This document shows, in pieces, positions 1 through 10,146 of a stretch of DNA of 64,000 bases; position 1 is the first letter of the stretch, and every line of letters begins with the position of its first letter. A program made the translations under genes and the position numbers. The DNA lies in assembly GCA_041389025.1 (NCBI GenBank), contig JAWKSP010000001.1, positions 542,663 to 606,662 on the forward strand, written 5' to 3'. The notes below the pieces were generated by a model. It made no database searches. It worked only from the letters and a program-made list of their open reading frames with translations, and was not told the DNA's origin. This stretch comes from Minisyncoccota bacterium. Lineage in GTDB: Bacteria; Patescibacteriota; Minisyncoccia; Phycocordibacterales; UBA918.

Positions 1-72
1 TCGTTGAAACAAGAAGACGAGAACAGTGGTTCTATGGGTGAGATTATGAGACAAAGATCTCAAAAATACTAA
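1..72 (+). CDS. 3' end of an upstream CDS that runs off the window start (ends ...MGEIMRQRSQKY*)
   Basis: Frame 1 is open from base 1 to TAA at 70-72. A hairpin terminator follows immediately. Confidence 0.3.
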   Translation, partial: SLKQEDENSGSMGEIMRQRSQKY

Positions 73-83
73 AAGGAGTAAAT

Positions 84-124
84 TAAAAAAACCTCGTAAT
101 TTTAATTATTACGAGGTTTTATTT
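84..124. terminator. Intrinsic terminator hairpin: stem ACCTCGTAAT (91-100) / ATTACGAGGT (108-117)
   Basis: Perfect 10-bp stem with a 7-nt loop. A7 precedes it and a T-run follows, so it can act in either direction. Confidence 0.6.
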
Positions 125-182
125 ATTGTTTACAAAAAAAGCACTAACATCGACAATATTAAAAGTATGCTAAACTGAAATC

Positions 183-2231
183 ATGTTTAAAAAATATTTT
201 CATACTACTACATCCAAAGTAATTTTATTATTCCTAATACTAATTGCTTTACAATGGTTCCCTTATACTGGTATTTTTTTGATGTTTACTGCTTCTGCGC
301 TATGGGTTGGTTATATGCCACATATAATTGTTTTAGCTATTATTTACGATGTGTACAAAAAACAAATACCTACATATATATTACTTATTCCCTTATTTTT
401 GATAGTCGGATATTACACACTATATTTTGCTGAAAATCCAAAAATAGCAATAGTTGAAAATGAATTAAAGGCTGAAAATCCAACTATTTTACTTAAATAT
501 GACGATAATTTACATTATATAATCAGTGACTACGATAGTGAAGAACTAGTAAAAAGATACAAAATACCTGCTGTATTCAAACCCAGTAAGGGAAACGTGT
601 ACACTTCTTACAGAATAGTTACCAGACAATTATGTGATGAACTAAGAGAAAAAAATGTCAGTAGTCTAGATGGTTTTTATCATGCCACCAACATGTACTG
701 GGAAGATTATTTTAATCCAGCAAATAATCGAGCATGGAGAAACTTATGTGTTGTTACTATGCCAGAACAAATTCCTGAACATAAAAAAAGTATATCTATG
801 GATAGCACAGATCTGGAAAGTAACAACGAAAAAGTGCATAAAGGAATTAATACTTTCTTCTTAGATGGAGAGAAGATTGGAGAATATATAAGTGCCTCTT
901 ACACCAGACTACCTGTTTTCCCTAAATTTGCTATTGGTTGCGGATTAAATTCTTCAGCAGCGTCGTGGGATTGTATTTTTGATTTTAGATATACCAGGCA
1001 ACAATTAGATACCTATCCAGGAAACTTTAATAGAGATAAATTTAAAAATACAGCAATCTCATTAATGCTCAATATTGAAAAATATCAAGAATCAGACTTA
1101 GAAAACCTCACAGACAATCCAGAGACAAAAGAAATACTTGATAAACTTATTGAAATAAAAAGTAACGAAACACCAGATGACTTCGATAAGTGGGGTATTA
1201 GAAAAGATAGTATTTATTCACCTAACATATATAGTATTGGTGAAATTAACGCATTTGAAGGTACAATTGGTAACTTTAATAATGGACTTCCTTTCAATGA
1301 ATTTATAAAGGAAAATATGGGATCTGTAGTCTTTATAAAAGCAAACATGGGAAGCACAGTGTGGGAAAACGGCTTCTATACACGGATATGTGATAATAAA
1401 CATGAGTGTGAAAACACAGGTTACACAGTACATAATAACGGTGACTCCTCATACGTCTATAATGATAATGACACAGGAACTATAGAAGGTTACTGGAAGA
1501 TTAGTAAAAAAGAAATAGTTCCTTATGATAGAAAAAGTGTCCCAAACACAATAGAACTGACAGGTGTCTCGTCTCAAGAAGTTTTTGATTTTACTAACCA
1601 AGAAGATTTATTGCAACATATAACAAACAAAAAACTACAAGAAGAATCAGATAAAATTTTGAAAAAATACAAACCGTTAATTCTAAATACCTCCAATAGT
1701 TTACTTTCATTTAAAAATTATATAAATGAGGAAATTGGAATTTATTTTGAATATCCAGATATTTTTAAAGAAGTAGACATAGATATAAGAAATGGTATCA
1801 CTGGCCGAAAATTCTATGGTATTTTCGAATTTTTTTCAGGTAACACCATATACCTAAGTGGAATGACAAAAGATTATACTGGAGAATATGAACGAATCAG
1901 TGTATTAGATACAAATAAATATACACAAAAAAGTATAAGTAGCTATATAGACTCCAGCTATAAATATATTGACGATACATTTGAACCATGGAAATGTAAC
2001 GGTGAAAGTCGTTGTGCTTCCGTTATCAAGAATACATACGCTCATCCAATATTGACCGAGGATCAAATCGCTGTTTTTATTTTTATACCTTATAGCCAGA
2101 ATAAGGATTTCAGTAATTTAACATTCCTACTTACGCCGACAGAAAATGACACTAATGTATCAGAGGCCGAAATCGAAGCACTTCGTAGTATAGTAACCTC
2201 AATTAAACTTGAACGTCCTGATGGATACTAA
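183..2231 (+). CDS. Hypothetical membrane-anchored protein: three N-terminal TM helices and a large extracytoplasmic domain with several Cys and Asn/Tyr-rich stretches
   Basis: 682-aa ORF with hydrophobic N-terminal segments. I recognise no family motif. Confidence 0.55.
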   Translation: MFKKYFHTTTSKVILLFLILIALQWFPYTGIFLMFTASALWVGYMPHIIVLAIIYDVYKKQIPTYILLIPLFLIVGYYTLYFAENPKIAIVENELKAENPTILLKYDDNLHYIISDYDSEELVKRYKIPAVFKPSKGNVYTSYRIVTRQLCDELREKNVSSLDGFYHATNMYWEDYFNPANNRAWRNLCVVTMPEQIPEHKKSISMDSTDLESNNEKVHKGINTFFLDGEKIGEYISASYTRLPVFPKFAIGCGLNSSAASWDCIFDFRYTRQQLDTYPGNFNRDKFKNTAISLMLNIEKYQESDLENLTDNPETKEILDKLIEIKSNETPDDFDKWGIRKDSIYSPNIYSIGEINAFEGTIGNFNNGLPFNEFIKENMGSVVFIKANMGSTVWENGFYTRICDNKHECENTGYTVHNNGDSSYVYNDNDTGTIEGYWKISKKEIVPYDRKSVPNTIELTGVSSQEVFDFTNQEDLLQHITNKKLQEESDKILKKYKPLILNTSNSLLSFKNYINEEIGIYFEYPDIFKEVDIDIRNGITGRKFYGIFEFFSGNTIYLSGMTKDYTGEYERISVLDTNKYTQKSISSYIDSSYKYIDDTFEPWKCNGESRCASVIKNTYAHPILTEDQIAVFIFIPYSQNKDFSNLTFLLTPTENDTNVSEAEIEALRSIVTSIKLERPDGY

Positions 2232-2242
2232 TTTTTATAATT

Positions 2243-3022
2243 TTACAATGACTCTTGACTCAACTCTATAGCCTTTTCTCTTATTTCAGACAAAGGTATA
2301 GGTTCTGTGTCAGAATAACCACCACCATAAAGATATTGCTGATATGGCAATAAAATATCTCTAATCAAAATCTGAGAATTATTATTTACAAAAGGTATTT
2401 TTGTCAAAAAATAGCCATGTATTTCCCTACCAGCATTACTACCTACCGTACTTTGAGAAAACCACAAATTACTGCCGTTCACATAAACTAATGTAACATG
2501 ATTAGACATCTGTTCATCTGGTATTGGTGGCAAATAATACTCTAGACTTATACTTGGTGGTACATTTACTGTAGTAGATGAATGTAATTCTGGAAGTTGT
2601 AAAAACAAATCTTTGTCTTTCTCGTCCTCAAATTCAAAACCCCGCGCAAGCATACCAGTAAACTCAAAACCTTGAGTTGCTGTGTTTTTTAATTGATCGT
2701 AAGTAGTTATCATTTGCTTAACGTCATCTGTTAATTCAATCTCATCAGCTATTTTTATATATTCAGGTAACGTAAAGTTTTTATAATAATTAACCGTGTA
2801 AGATTTATAGCACCAGTTAATGCCGCCACACGAATGTTGAGCCGGATAGCTTTCGGCTTCTCTGTAAACACCAAGACAAACACAATCTTTAACTGGTGTT
2901 AGATTATCGTCTCCGTGTAACCATATTTCTTCAGTATAAAAATAAGTAAAGAAAGGTAGGTTTATTAATAAAACCAGCATTAAAAAAAACAATATTTTTT
3001 TCTTTGTAAAATACATCTTCAT
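2243..3022 (-). CDS. Hypothetical secreted Cys-containing protein (signal/anchor KKKILFFLMLVLLINLPFF; CVCLG...HSCGGINWCY)
   Basis: ORF track gives 2243..3103. I trimmed the start to the internal MKMYF at 3022 because the upstream part overlaps the uppP 3' end. Function unknown. Confidence 0.45.
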   Translation of the reverse strand: MKMYFTKKKILFFLMLVLLINLPFFTYFYTEEIWLHGDDNLTPVKDCVCLGVYREAESYPAQHSCGGINWCYKSYTVNYYKNFTLPEYIKIADEIELTDDVKQMITTYDQLKNTATQGFEFTGMLARGFEFEDEKDKDLFLQLPELHSSTTVNVPPSISLEYYLPPIPDEQMSNHVTLVYVNGSNLWFSQSTVGSNAGREIHGYFLTKIPFVNNNSQILIRDILLPYQQYLYGGGYSDTEPIPLSEIREKAIELSQESL

Positions 3023-3036
3023 ACTTAATTCATAAT

Positions 3037-3846
3037 CTAAACAAAAAACACTACATAAAAAACCAACATCGACAATATAAGTGTATACCAAATAAACGGC
3101 CACAAAGTATAACGACGAATAAAGGCTAAAAAGAAATGGATTACTATAATAGCCGAAACAAAACTAACCACCGCTCCCACTAATATCATTCCCCATTGTG
3201 CTTCACCATCAAACACAATAAGATCCAGTAATTTTTTAAAACCTAAACCAAGCGTAATAGGTATCGCTAAAAGAAAGGAAAAGCGCGCTGACTCATAACG
3301 AGATAAGCCGATCAACATCCCACCCGCCAAGGTAGTACCTGACCGTGATAAACCAGGAATTAGGGCTAAAGCTTGAAACAAACCTACCAATAAACCACGT
3401 CTGACTGTCAACTGTCCTTGTGGTGGGTTTAAATAATATTGCCATTCAGCATACATAAAAAATATTGCTCCAAAAAATAGACCGATCGCCACCATCAAAG
3501 CGCTATTTAAATATTTATCAAACACTGGCTCTAATAATAAACCTAAAATAACCGCCGGAATAGTTCCTGCCATTAAAGCGTAGAGCATCGTTAAATCTTT
3601 TTCGTTAACAGGTAAGCGTCCAAGTTTACGCATAGCCGTCTGTACCAAAACCCATAAGTCTCGCCAAAAATAAACAATCACAGCCAAAGTGGTAGCTAAA
3701 TGTAAAATAGCACTCATTGCTAACTCATTTACTTCACTGACATTCAGTAAATCTTGCACCAATACCAAATGACCGCTAGATGATACTGGTAGAAATTCTG
3801 TAATACCCTGAACTAAACCCAATATAACTGAAGTTACAATATCCAT
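3037..3846 (-). CDS. uppP: Undecaprenyl-diphosphatase (BacA/UppP)
   Basis: N-terminal GITEFLPVSSSGHL motif and a ~270-aa polytopic membrane protein with a PGxSRSGxT-like segment (PGLSRSGTT). Confidence 0.9.
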   Translation of the reverse strand: MDIVTSVILGLVQGITEFLPVSSSGHLVLVQDLLNVSEVNELAMSAILHLATTLAVIVYFWRDLWVLVQTAMRKLGRLPVNEKDLTMLYALMAGTIPAVILGLLLEPVFDKYLNSALMVAIGLFFGAIFFMYAEWQYYLNPPQGQLTVRRGLLVGLFQALALIPGLSRSGTTLAGGMLIGLSRYESARFSFLLAIPITLGLGFKKLLDLIVFDGEAQWGMILVGAVVSFVSAIIVIHFFLAFIRRYTLWPFIWYTLILSMLVFYVVFFV

Positions 3847-3923
3847 GACACTAACAGTATAACATTAAAAAACATTAATTTATGCTATAATACGGCCATT
3901 AAATGTAATTTTTTGTAATAATT

Positions 3924-4682
3924 ATGGAACCACAAGAACAGACTTCTTCCTCATCAGTCGCTATTCCAATTGCTATTGTTTTTGGTTTTGGCTTAATCGC
4001 TTTGGCGATTTTTTTTAGTGGTGGTAATAAAAGTACAGTTGATGACACTCCAAAAGTTGATGAGAGTAATTTAGCAGTGACTGGAGACATTAGACCAATC
4101 GATGAGACCGATTACATAAGAGGTAATCCTAACGCACCGATTTTAATTGTTGAATACTCTGACTATGATTGTCCGTTTTGTAAGAGTTTTCACCAAACCA
4201 TGAATCAAATCATGAACGAGTATGGTGTAACTGGAAAAGTCGCTTGGGTCTATAGACAATTTCCTCTAGCCCAACTTCACCCCAACGCACCACGGATTTC
4301 TGAGGCAGCTCTATGTGTCGGTGAGCTTGGTGGTAATGATGCTTTTTGGAAGTTCTCTGACCAAGTCTTTGAGAATCGTGGTGTAAACGAATTAACCAAT
4401 ATCAGCAATTTAGCAAACTACGCTGAAGAAAGTGGTGTTTCTAAATCCGACTATGAAGCTTGTGTTCAAAGCGGTCGACATGAAGCATCGGTACAAGCTA
4501 GTTTACGCGACGGTGCTCAAGCTGGTGCAGGCGGTACACCTCATTCATTTGTTTTGATCGGTAACCAAAAGGCTGTAATTGAAGGTGCACAACCTTACGC
4601 TGTAGTGAAGCAAATTGTTGAAGGACTGATTGCTCAACTCGAAGGAACAGATACTGGTGTGCTGATAGTTAGTGAAAATTAA
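3924..4682 (+). CDS. Membrane-anchored DsbA-family thiol:disulfide oxidoreductase (CPFC active site)
   Basis: N-terminal TM helix and a thioredoxin-like motif YSDYDCPFCKSFH. Confidence 0.75.
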   Translation: MEPQEQTSSSSVAIPIAIVFGFGLIALAIFFSGGNKSTVDDTPKVDESNLAVTGDIRPIDETDYIRGNPNAPILIVEYSDYDCPFCKSFHQTMNQIMNEYGVTGKVAWVYRQFPLAQLHPNAPRISEAALCVGELGGNDAFWKFSDQVFENRGVNELTNISNLANYAEESGVSKSDYEACVQSGRHEASVQASLRDGAQAGAGGTPHSFVLIGNQKAVIEGAQPYAVVKQIVEGLIAQLEGTDTGVLIVSEN

Positions 4683-4690
4683 AAAGATAG

Positions 4691-4724
4691 AAAATGGCCA
4701 CGCTTCGCGTGGCATTTTTCATCT
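4691..4724. terminator. Intrinsic terminator hairpin (GCCACGC...GCGTGGC) between the convergent dsbA-like and helicase genes
   Basis: GC stem flanked by an A-run and a T-run. Confidence 0.6.
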
Positions 4725-4732
4725 TTTATTTT

Positions 4733-7700
4733 TTATCCAACTAAAAACCTATCCACTAAATGACAATACTGACACTTCTTATCATCACAAACTTGTTTCA
4801 TACACTCACCATTCACAACATTTTTTGTCGCTTCAATAATAGATAACTTTAACTCTTCAATTTCCTCAACACTAATATTATATGACTCTTCTCTTAAATT
4901 ACCTTTACTATCAGGCTCAACAAAAGATAGGACCATATCACGGCTATGTAACTCAGACTGAGTTTGCAAAGACAGTAACAAAGCATAAAAAACCAACTGT
5001 CGCTTGTATCCACCATCACTATCTTTGGTTGTTCCCTCTATCTGTCCTTTTGTTTTTGGCTTACCGGTTTTATAATCTGTCACTTTTACTATCCTCCCCT
5101 GCTCATCAAAATCAACTCGGTCAAATTTACCGGTAAGCATAACTTCCGGAAAATCTTTAAGATCGGTTTCAAGCATAGCTTGTACAGCATATTCTGTTTG
5201 ATATCTGTATCCAAGCGAACTTTTTAGCTTGGGTAAATATGACATAAGCGCCAAAAAAGCACGTTCGTGTAAGGTAACAAATTCCGAATCAGACAATGGT
5301 AGATTACCCAACACATCATCAAGCATGGTTTTGACTTCCGTATCGGAATACTCAATACCATCAGCCATTTTTTTTACAATTTTCTCCAAAACCAAGTGAA
5401 CCGCACTACCGAACTGTAACTCCGGAGTTTTTATACTCGGTATTTGCAGTGCGTTTTTAAAGATGTATTCCCAAGGACTCTTACAATAATTATTAAACGA
5501 AGTGGCCGACCAACCTCTTTTATCTAGAGCCAAAGCAAGGAAACCTGAGTTTAGAGACAGGTTCGGTACCGTCCGCAAACTATCAGTCGGATTAAAATCA
5601 CCTTCAAACGAAGACATATCTTTATCTTCAATCTCACAATCTTCCAGTCCCAAAAGAAAACGTGATGGTACCAATTCCTTACCTTCACCATTTGTGTCAG
5701 CATACGAAAAGCTCAATATTCGTTTTGCTCTGGTCACTGCCACGTAAAAAAGTCTCCTCTCATCATCTTCGGCTTGAGCCTTAAGATCATCTACCTCATG
5801 CTTTACTATTGGCAAATCAAAAGTCGCCGACCGCACTGATGCTCCCCAAACATTGTCGTTTAAATGCGGGACAAAGACTGCCTCAAACTCCAACCCTTTA
5901 GACTTATGAGCGGTCATAAGTTGCACAGCTTCTTTATTTACCTCCACCGCCGGAGCGCTTAAAGAGACATTATGTTTTTCGCTAAGCTCCAAGCGCTTCA
6001 AAACAGAAGATAAGTCCAGAGCTTCTTTCTTATCATACATTGTCTCCACCTCGTCATACACTCGCCTCACCACCCTTACACCATCATAGATATCCGCCTT
6101 TAAGACATAATCTAAAAAACCACTTTCATTTAGTAAATATTCAAGTAATTCAGCTGGGGTTTTGGTCAGACTAAGTGATTGTATACTTTTCACTAATTCA
6201 CTAATTTTCAAAACCATCTCAATCTCCCCAACCCCAATCTCTTTCAACTCTTTTTCATCGGTAATTAGCTTTGCCAACGGTTTCTTATATGATCGCGTTT
6301 TAAAAATATTTATCAAATCATCGGCCGGTATATTCCAATATGGAGCAAACAAAAGTTTTGCTAGTAGTGCTTCATTCTTAAAATCAACCACCAACTGGAT
6401 CAATTCTTTAATGTTAATAAAAATCGGATGAGTTAAAACATCACGATCAGCTGACGGTACAACCGGTATATCATATTTTCTAAACAAAGTGGCTAACTCT
6501 TCAACTTCCTTGTTGGAACGCACAATCACCGCTATCTCAGACCAATCAACCCCTTGCTCGTGCGTAGCTTGCACTTCCTTTACCAACCAATCATTTTCCA
6601 CTGCTTTATGTGAAAAGTTTTGTTTGGTAATGGTTGTTTGCAATTTTTGATTAGCAAAAAGAGGCACGCGCAAGTCTGCCAATAACGGATCATCGGACTT
6701 TATACTTTCATGAGCCAGATCGAGAATTTTTTGATCAGAACGATAATTATTGGTCAAAGAGATAGTCATTGCTCCTTTAAATATATTTTCAAAATATAAA
6801 AAGTTATCCAAGGACGCTCCTTGAAAACGATAGATAGCTTGTTTTTCGTCTCCCACTACAAATACATTGGGGTTTTCGTGATAAGAAGCCACCAGCTCAA
6901 TCAGGTGGTTTTGACTTTGGTTCACATCCTGATGTTCGTCAGCCAAGATATATTGATATTGCTCCTGTACATCATAGAGCATTTCCTGATTTTCCTTCAG
7001 TGCTTTAATGGTATCCAAAATCATATCCTCAAAGTCATACAACCGTAGTCGTTTTAACTCCGACATATATAAACGGTATATTAGTAGCAACTCTTGGTTG
7101 CGATTTAAAAACTTTTCAGCCGTCAAGTATTCACCACGCACTTTCCCTTTATGCGCTCCCTTACTGTGATACTTTTCAATCTGTTCAAGATCGCTGTTTT
7201 TTTTGGCAATATGTTCTGCCAGCTTATCCGGTGAAATATCTTCACGCTTTAGTGTGGTAATGGCATTTAAAATTTTTCCGACGTAGTAGGTGGGGTCGCC
7301 GGTCGGCCTAAGGACTTTGTATTCACCACTTGAAAGCAAATCCTCGATCACCATTATCTTCTCCAAGTCCGTGGCTGGTCGGCCTCCTACAATATTCTCA
7401 TACGAATCCGGATAACGTCGTATCAAATCTCCGGCAAAACTATGAAAAGTATGAATCGGCACACGATAAGCATCCGCTCCAATAAAACCAGACAACCGAG
7501 TTCGCATCGCCCGTACTCCGGACTCAGTAAAAGTCAGCGCTAGGATATTTTCTGGTTTTGTATCAGTCTGACGTAGAATATTAGCGATACGTAGAGTCAA
7601 GATTTGTGTCTTACCGGTACCAGGACCAGCAATCACCATCACCGGACCTTCAATAGTATCTACCGCCTTTTTTTGCTCGGTATTTAGGCGGTCATATGCT

Positions 7701-7786
7701 TCCAGAAACACTCTTTCATTCCCCTCTTTCTTATCGTTAGTTTTTCCTTGCATGGTGAGAGTATAGCATTTTGAAAAAATAATCAC
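4733..7786 (-). CDS. UvrD/PcrA-family SF1 helicase fused to a C-terminal PD-(D/E)xK nuclease domain with Cas4/AddB-type Fe-S cysteines
   Basis: SF1 motifs I (AGPGTGKTQ), II (ADEHQD), III (GDEKQAIYRFQGA), IV (NYRS), V (TAHKSKGLEFEAVF) and VI (YVAVTRAKR). C-terminal DRVDF...VTDYKTGKPK and QLVFYALL nuclease motifs. Cysteines at CKSPWEY and C-x4-C-x4-C-x2-C at the extreme C-terminus. Confidence 0.8.
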   Translation of the reverse strand: MIIFSKCYTLTMQGKTNDKKEGNERVFLEAYDRLNTEQKKAVDTIEGPVMVIAGPGTGKTQILTLRIANILRQTDTKPENILALTFTESGVRAMRTRLSGFIGADAYRVPIHTFHSFAGDLIRRYPDSYENIVGGRPATDLEKIMVIEDLLSSGEYKVLRPTGDPTYYVGKILNAITTLKREDISPDKLAEHIAKKNSDLEQIEKYHSKGAHKGKVRGEYLTAEKFLNRNQELLLIYRLYMSELKRLRLYDFEDMILDTIKALKENQEMLYDVQEQYQYILADEHQDVNQSQNHLIELVASYHENPNVFVVGDEKQAIYRFQGASLDNFLYFENIFKGAMTISLTNNYRSDQKILDLAHESIKSDDPLLADLRVPLFANQKLQTTITKQNFSHKAVENDWLVKEVQATHEQGVDWSEIAVIVRSNKEVEELATLFRKYDIPVVPSADRDVLTHPIFINIKELIQLVVDFKNEALLAKLLFAPYWNIPADDLINIFKTRSYKKPLAKLITDEKELKEIGVGEIEMVLKISELVKSIQSLSLTKTPAELLEYLLNESGFLDYVLKADIYDGVRVVRRVYDEVETMYDKKEALDLSSVLKRLELSEKHNVSLSAPAVEVNKEAVQLMTAHKSKGLEFEAVFVPHLNDNVWGASVRSATFDLPIVKHEVDDLKAQAEDDERRLFYVAVTRAKRILSFSYADTNGEGKELVPSRFLLGLEDCEIEDKDMSSFEGDFNPTDSLRTVPNLSLNSGFLALALDKRGWSATSFNNYCKSPWEYIFKNALQIPSIKTPELQFGSAVHLVLEKIVKKMADGIEYSDTEVKTMLDDVLGNLPLSDSEFVTLHERAFLALMSYLPKLKSSLGYRYQTEYAVQAMLETDLKDFPEVMLTGKFDRVDFDEQGRIVKVTDYKTGKPKTKGQIEGTTKDSDGGYKRQLVFYALLLSLQTQSELHSRDMVLSFVEPDSKGNLREESYNISVEEIEELKLSIIEATKNVVNGECMKQVCDDKKCQYCHLVDRFLVG

Positions 7787-7927
7787 CTTTTATTTACACT
7801 TTCTACCGCTACCCACGATAAACCTAGTGTAAAACCGCAGTTGACAGATAAAAATCACAGGAGCATAATGCAAACTTAAATTATAGGCTTGTCCGCCTAT
7901 TTTAGTCATTAAACATTTCAATATTTT

Positions 7928-10018
7928 ATGCTTACCGCAGAAGCTACGTTGGCTATGTTTGCCATGTTTGGTATCTCCAGCTTGGCAATTTTTTGGGCTA
8001 AACGTTTCCGTATTCCGCATACGGTATTTTTAGTTATTGTTGGTCTTATAATCGGGTTATTATCAAACTTCTCTATTTTCGGTTTTTTCACTGAGTTTGA
8101 ATTTACCCCCGAGCTTTTGTTCTTCCTACTCTTACCAACCCTGATTTTTGAATCAGCCTATAACATAAACATCAGAAGAATCGTCGACGACGCCGGTATC
8201 ATAGTGCTTTTAGCCGTAGTTGGTCTCTTGATTTCTACTGTCATCATCGGTACCGCTATCTACTTTTTACTCGGTCTCTTTGGTCTTTATGTACCGTTTA
8301 TTGTTACCTTGCTTTTTGGCGCACTTATTTCCGCCACCGACCCAGTAGCGGTATTGGCGCTGTTTAAAGAGTTTGGTGCCCCGCGTCGACTTTCACTTAT
8401 CTTTGAAGGAGAAAGTCTTTTCAACGACGCAACTGCAGTAGCTTTATTCTTAGTGTTACTCGGTGTAGCCAGTTCCGGTTTTCACGGTGGCGAAACCATA
8501 ATAGAAGGTTTGGTTAGTTTCACTTCCATGATGATTGGCGGTGTGGTTTTTGGTCTTCTCATGGGTTTGGTTTTCACAAAACTCATCGGCTACGCTCGTG
8601 AAAACGAAGTGGCCAGTATCACTCTAACCATCGTCTTGGCTCACACCACCTTTATTCTGGCGGAAATTATTTCCCATCACTTTACCTTGGGAACATACCA
8701 TTTTCCGATTTCACCGATTATCGCAACCACTATCGCCTCTTTGGTAATGGGTAATTATGGACGAAGTAAAATTCATCCTAAAGCTGAAGAATTCGTAGAA
8801 AAACTTTGGGGTCAACTAGCTTTCTTGGCAAACTCACTAATATTCATTTTAATTGGTATTTTGGCGGTTCCGGTCTTACGTCTTGACATGACTATGATCA
8901 CAGTTATTTTGGTTACTATTGTTATAGTTGCTATCGCTCGCGCTATTTCTATTTATCCAGTGGTTGGTTTATACAATAAAACTATTCCGGAAAAAAGGAG
9001 GTTACCAAGATCTTGGCAACACTTACTGTCTTGGGGATCGCTTCGTGGCGCACTCGCTGTCACCATGGTACTTTTGATACCAGATGATTTCACTGTTACC
9101 AACTGGACACTCTCGATGACTCCAAAAGAATTTTTACTTTCCCTAACTGTCGGCTGTATTTTTGCCACTTTGTTTATTAAGGCCACCTCAATTCAACGGG
9201 TAATGAACAAATTAAAATTAGATTCATTAACCGAACTAGAAAAAGTGGAAATACAAGAAGCCAGAGCCATTATCCACCATGAAGTAAATGAACGTATCGC
9301 TGTCTACCAAGCTCGAGGTTATATAGACACACCGGTCGCCAATGAATTGGCCGAACAACATAAACAACAATACGAAAAAGCCTGCGGCAAACTCTGCTCA
9401 CCAGATATGAAAAGATTATCATTACGTGTATTACGTATGTATGCTATCGGTATTGAACGCAAACACTTAAAGGAGTTGTATCACCACAATGAAATAAACG
9501 AAAAAGTTTATCGACGCCTATCTGGTAAATTACAATTACAATTAGAGGAAGTAGAGTCGGGCAATCTATCACCAAACATGACTTTACACACTGATAATCG
9601 TGATGTATTTGACCGACTAGAAGCTTTCTTCATGAAATTTTTTGGTAAAGATATTAACAAACAAACAATTGATGACTTGTTTATGTATTATAGAGCTCAA
9701 GCTATCATTTCCCGCAAGGTATTAAAAGAACTAAGTGTTATCGACCAACCTAGTGCTGAAGATATTTTTAGTAAAGAAGCTTTAGAACACGTCACCGAAC
9801 TTTATACTTCTTTTAGGAACAATTCAGAAAAGAAAATGAACGACACCGCTGAAAAACATCCAGAACACTATCAAAAAATGTCTTACGTCTTGGCTACTCA
9901 CGGGGTGGAAAAGATTGAAGAAAACGTACTTCATGAACTTTACGAACGAGATTTGATTACGCCAAAGTTGTATATTACACTTTCCGACGAATTACACCAA
10001 GGTCCACAAAAATCATAA
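7928..10018 (+). CDS. CPA1/NhaP-type Na+(K+)/H+ antiporter with a C-terminal cytoplasmic regulatory extension
   Basis: ~12 TM helices including SATDPVAV and LFNDATAV cation:proton antiporter motifs, followed by a ~270-aa soluble tail. Confidence 0.8.
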   Translation: MLTAEATLAMFAMFGISSLAIFWAKRFRIPHTVFLVIVGLIIGLLSNFSIFGFFTEFEFTPELLFFLLLPTLIFESAYNINIRRIVDDAGIIVLLAVVGLLISTVIIGTAIYFLLGLFGLYVPFIVTLLFGALISATDPVAVLALFKEFGAPRRLSLIFEGESLFNDATAVALFLVLLGVASSGFHGGETIIEGLVSFTSMMIGGVVFGLLMGLVFTKLIGYARENEVASITLTIVLAHTTFILAEIISHHFTLGTYHFPISPIIATTIASLVMGNYGRSKIHPKAEEFVEKLWGQLAFLANSLIFILIGILAVPVLRLDMTMITVILVTIVIVAIARAISIYPVVGLYNKTIPEKRRLPRSWQHLLSWGSLRGALAVTMVLLIPDDFTVTNWTLSMTPKEFLLSLTVGCIFATLFIKATSIQRVMNKLKLDSLTELEKVEIQEARAIIHHEVNERIAVYQARGYIDTPVANELAEQHKQQYEKACGKLCSPDMKRLSLRVLRMYAIGIERKHLKELYHHNEINEKVYRRLSGKLQLQLEEVESGNLSPNMTLHTDNRDVFDRLEAFFMKFFGKDINKQTIDDLFMYYRAQAIISRKVLKELSVIDQPSAEDIFSKEALEHVTELYTSFRNNSEKKMNDTAEKHPEHYQKMSYVLATHGVEKIEENVLHELYERDLITPKLYITLSDELHQGPQKS

Positions 10019-10030
10019 TTGCATAAAACA

Positions 10031-10066
10031 AAAAATCCCTGCTTTAAAAGCAAGGATTTTTATTTT
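10031..10066. terminator. Intrinsic terminator hairpin (AAAAATCCCTGC / GCAAGGATTTTT)
   Basis: 12-bp stem with one mismatch, 7-nt loop and a T-run. Lies between two convergent genes. Confidence 0.6.
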
Positions 10067-10146
10067 TACTAATTTTATTAGTCTTGCAGGTAATAATGAT
10101 ACTCTAAGGAACAGATAAATTTCTTAACCTTGTCACAACCTCCTTA

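Noticed and set aside
2243-3103. N-terminal 27 residues of the 286-aa ORF as called
   Set aside because: This part overlaps the 3' end of uppP on the same strand. The internal Met (MKMYF) immediately precedes the signal peptide and is the more plausible start.
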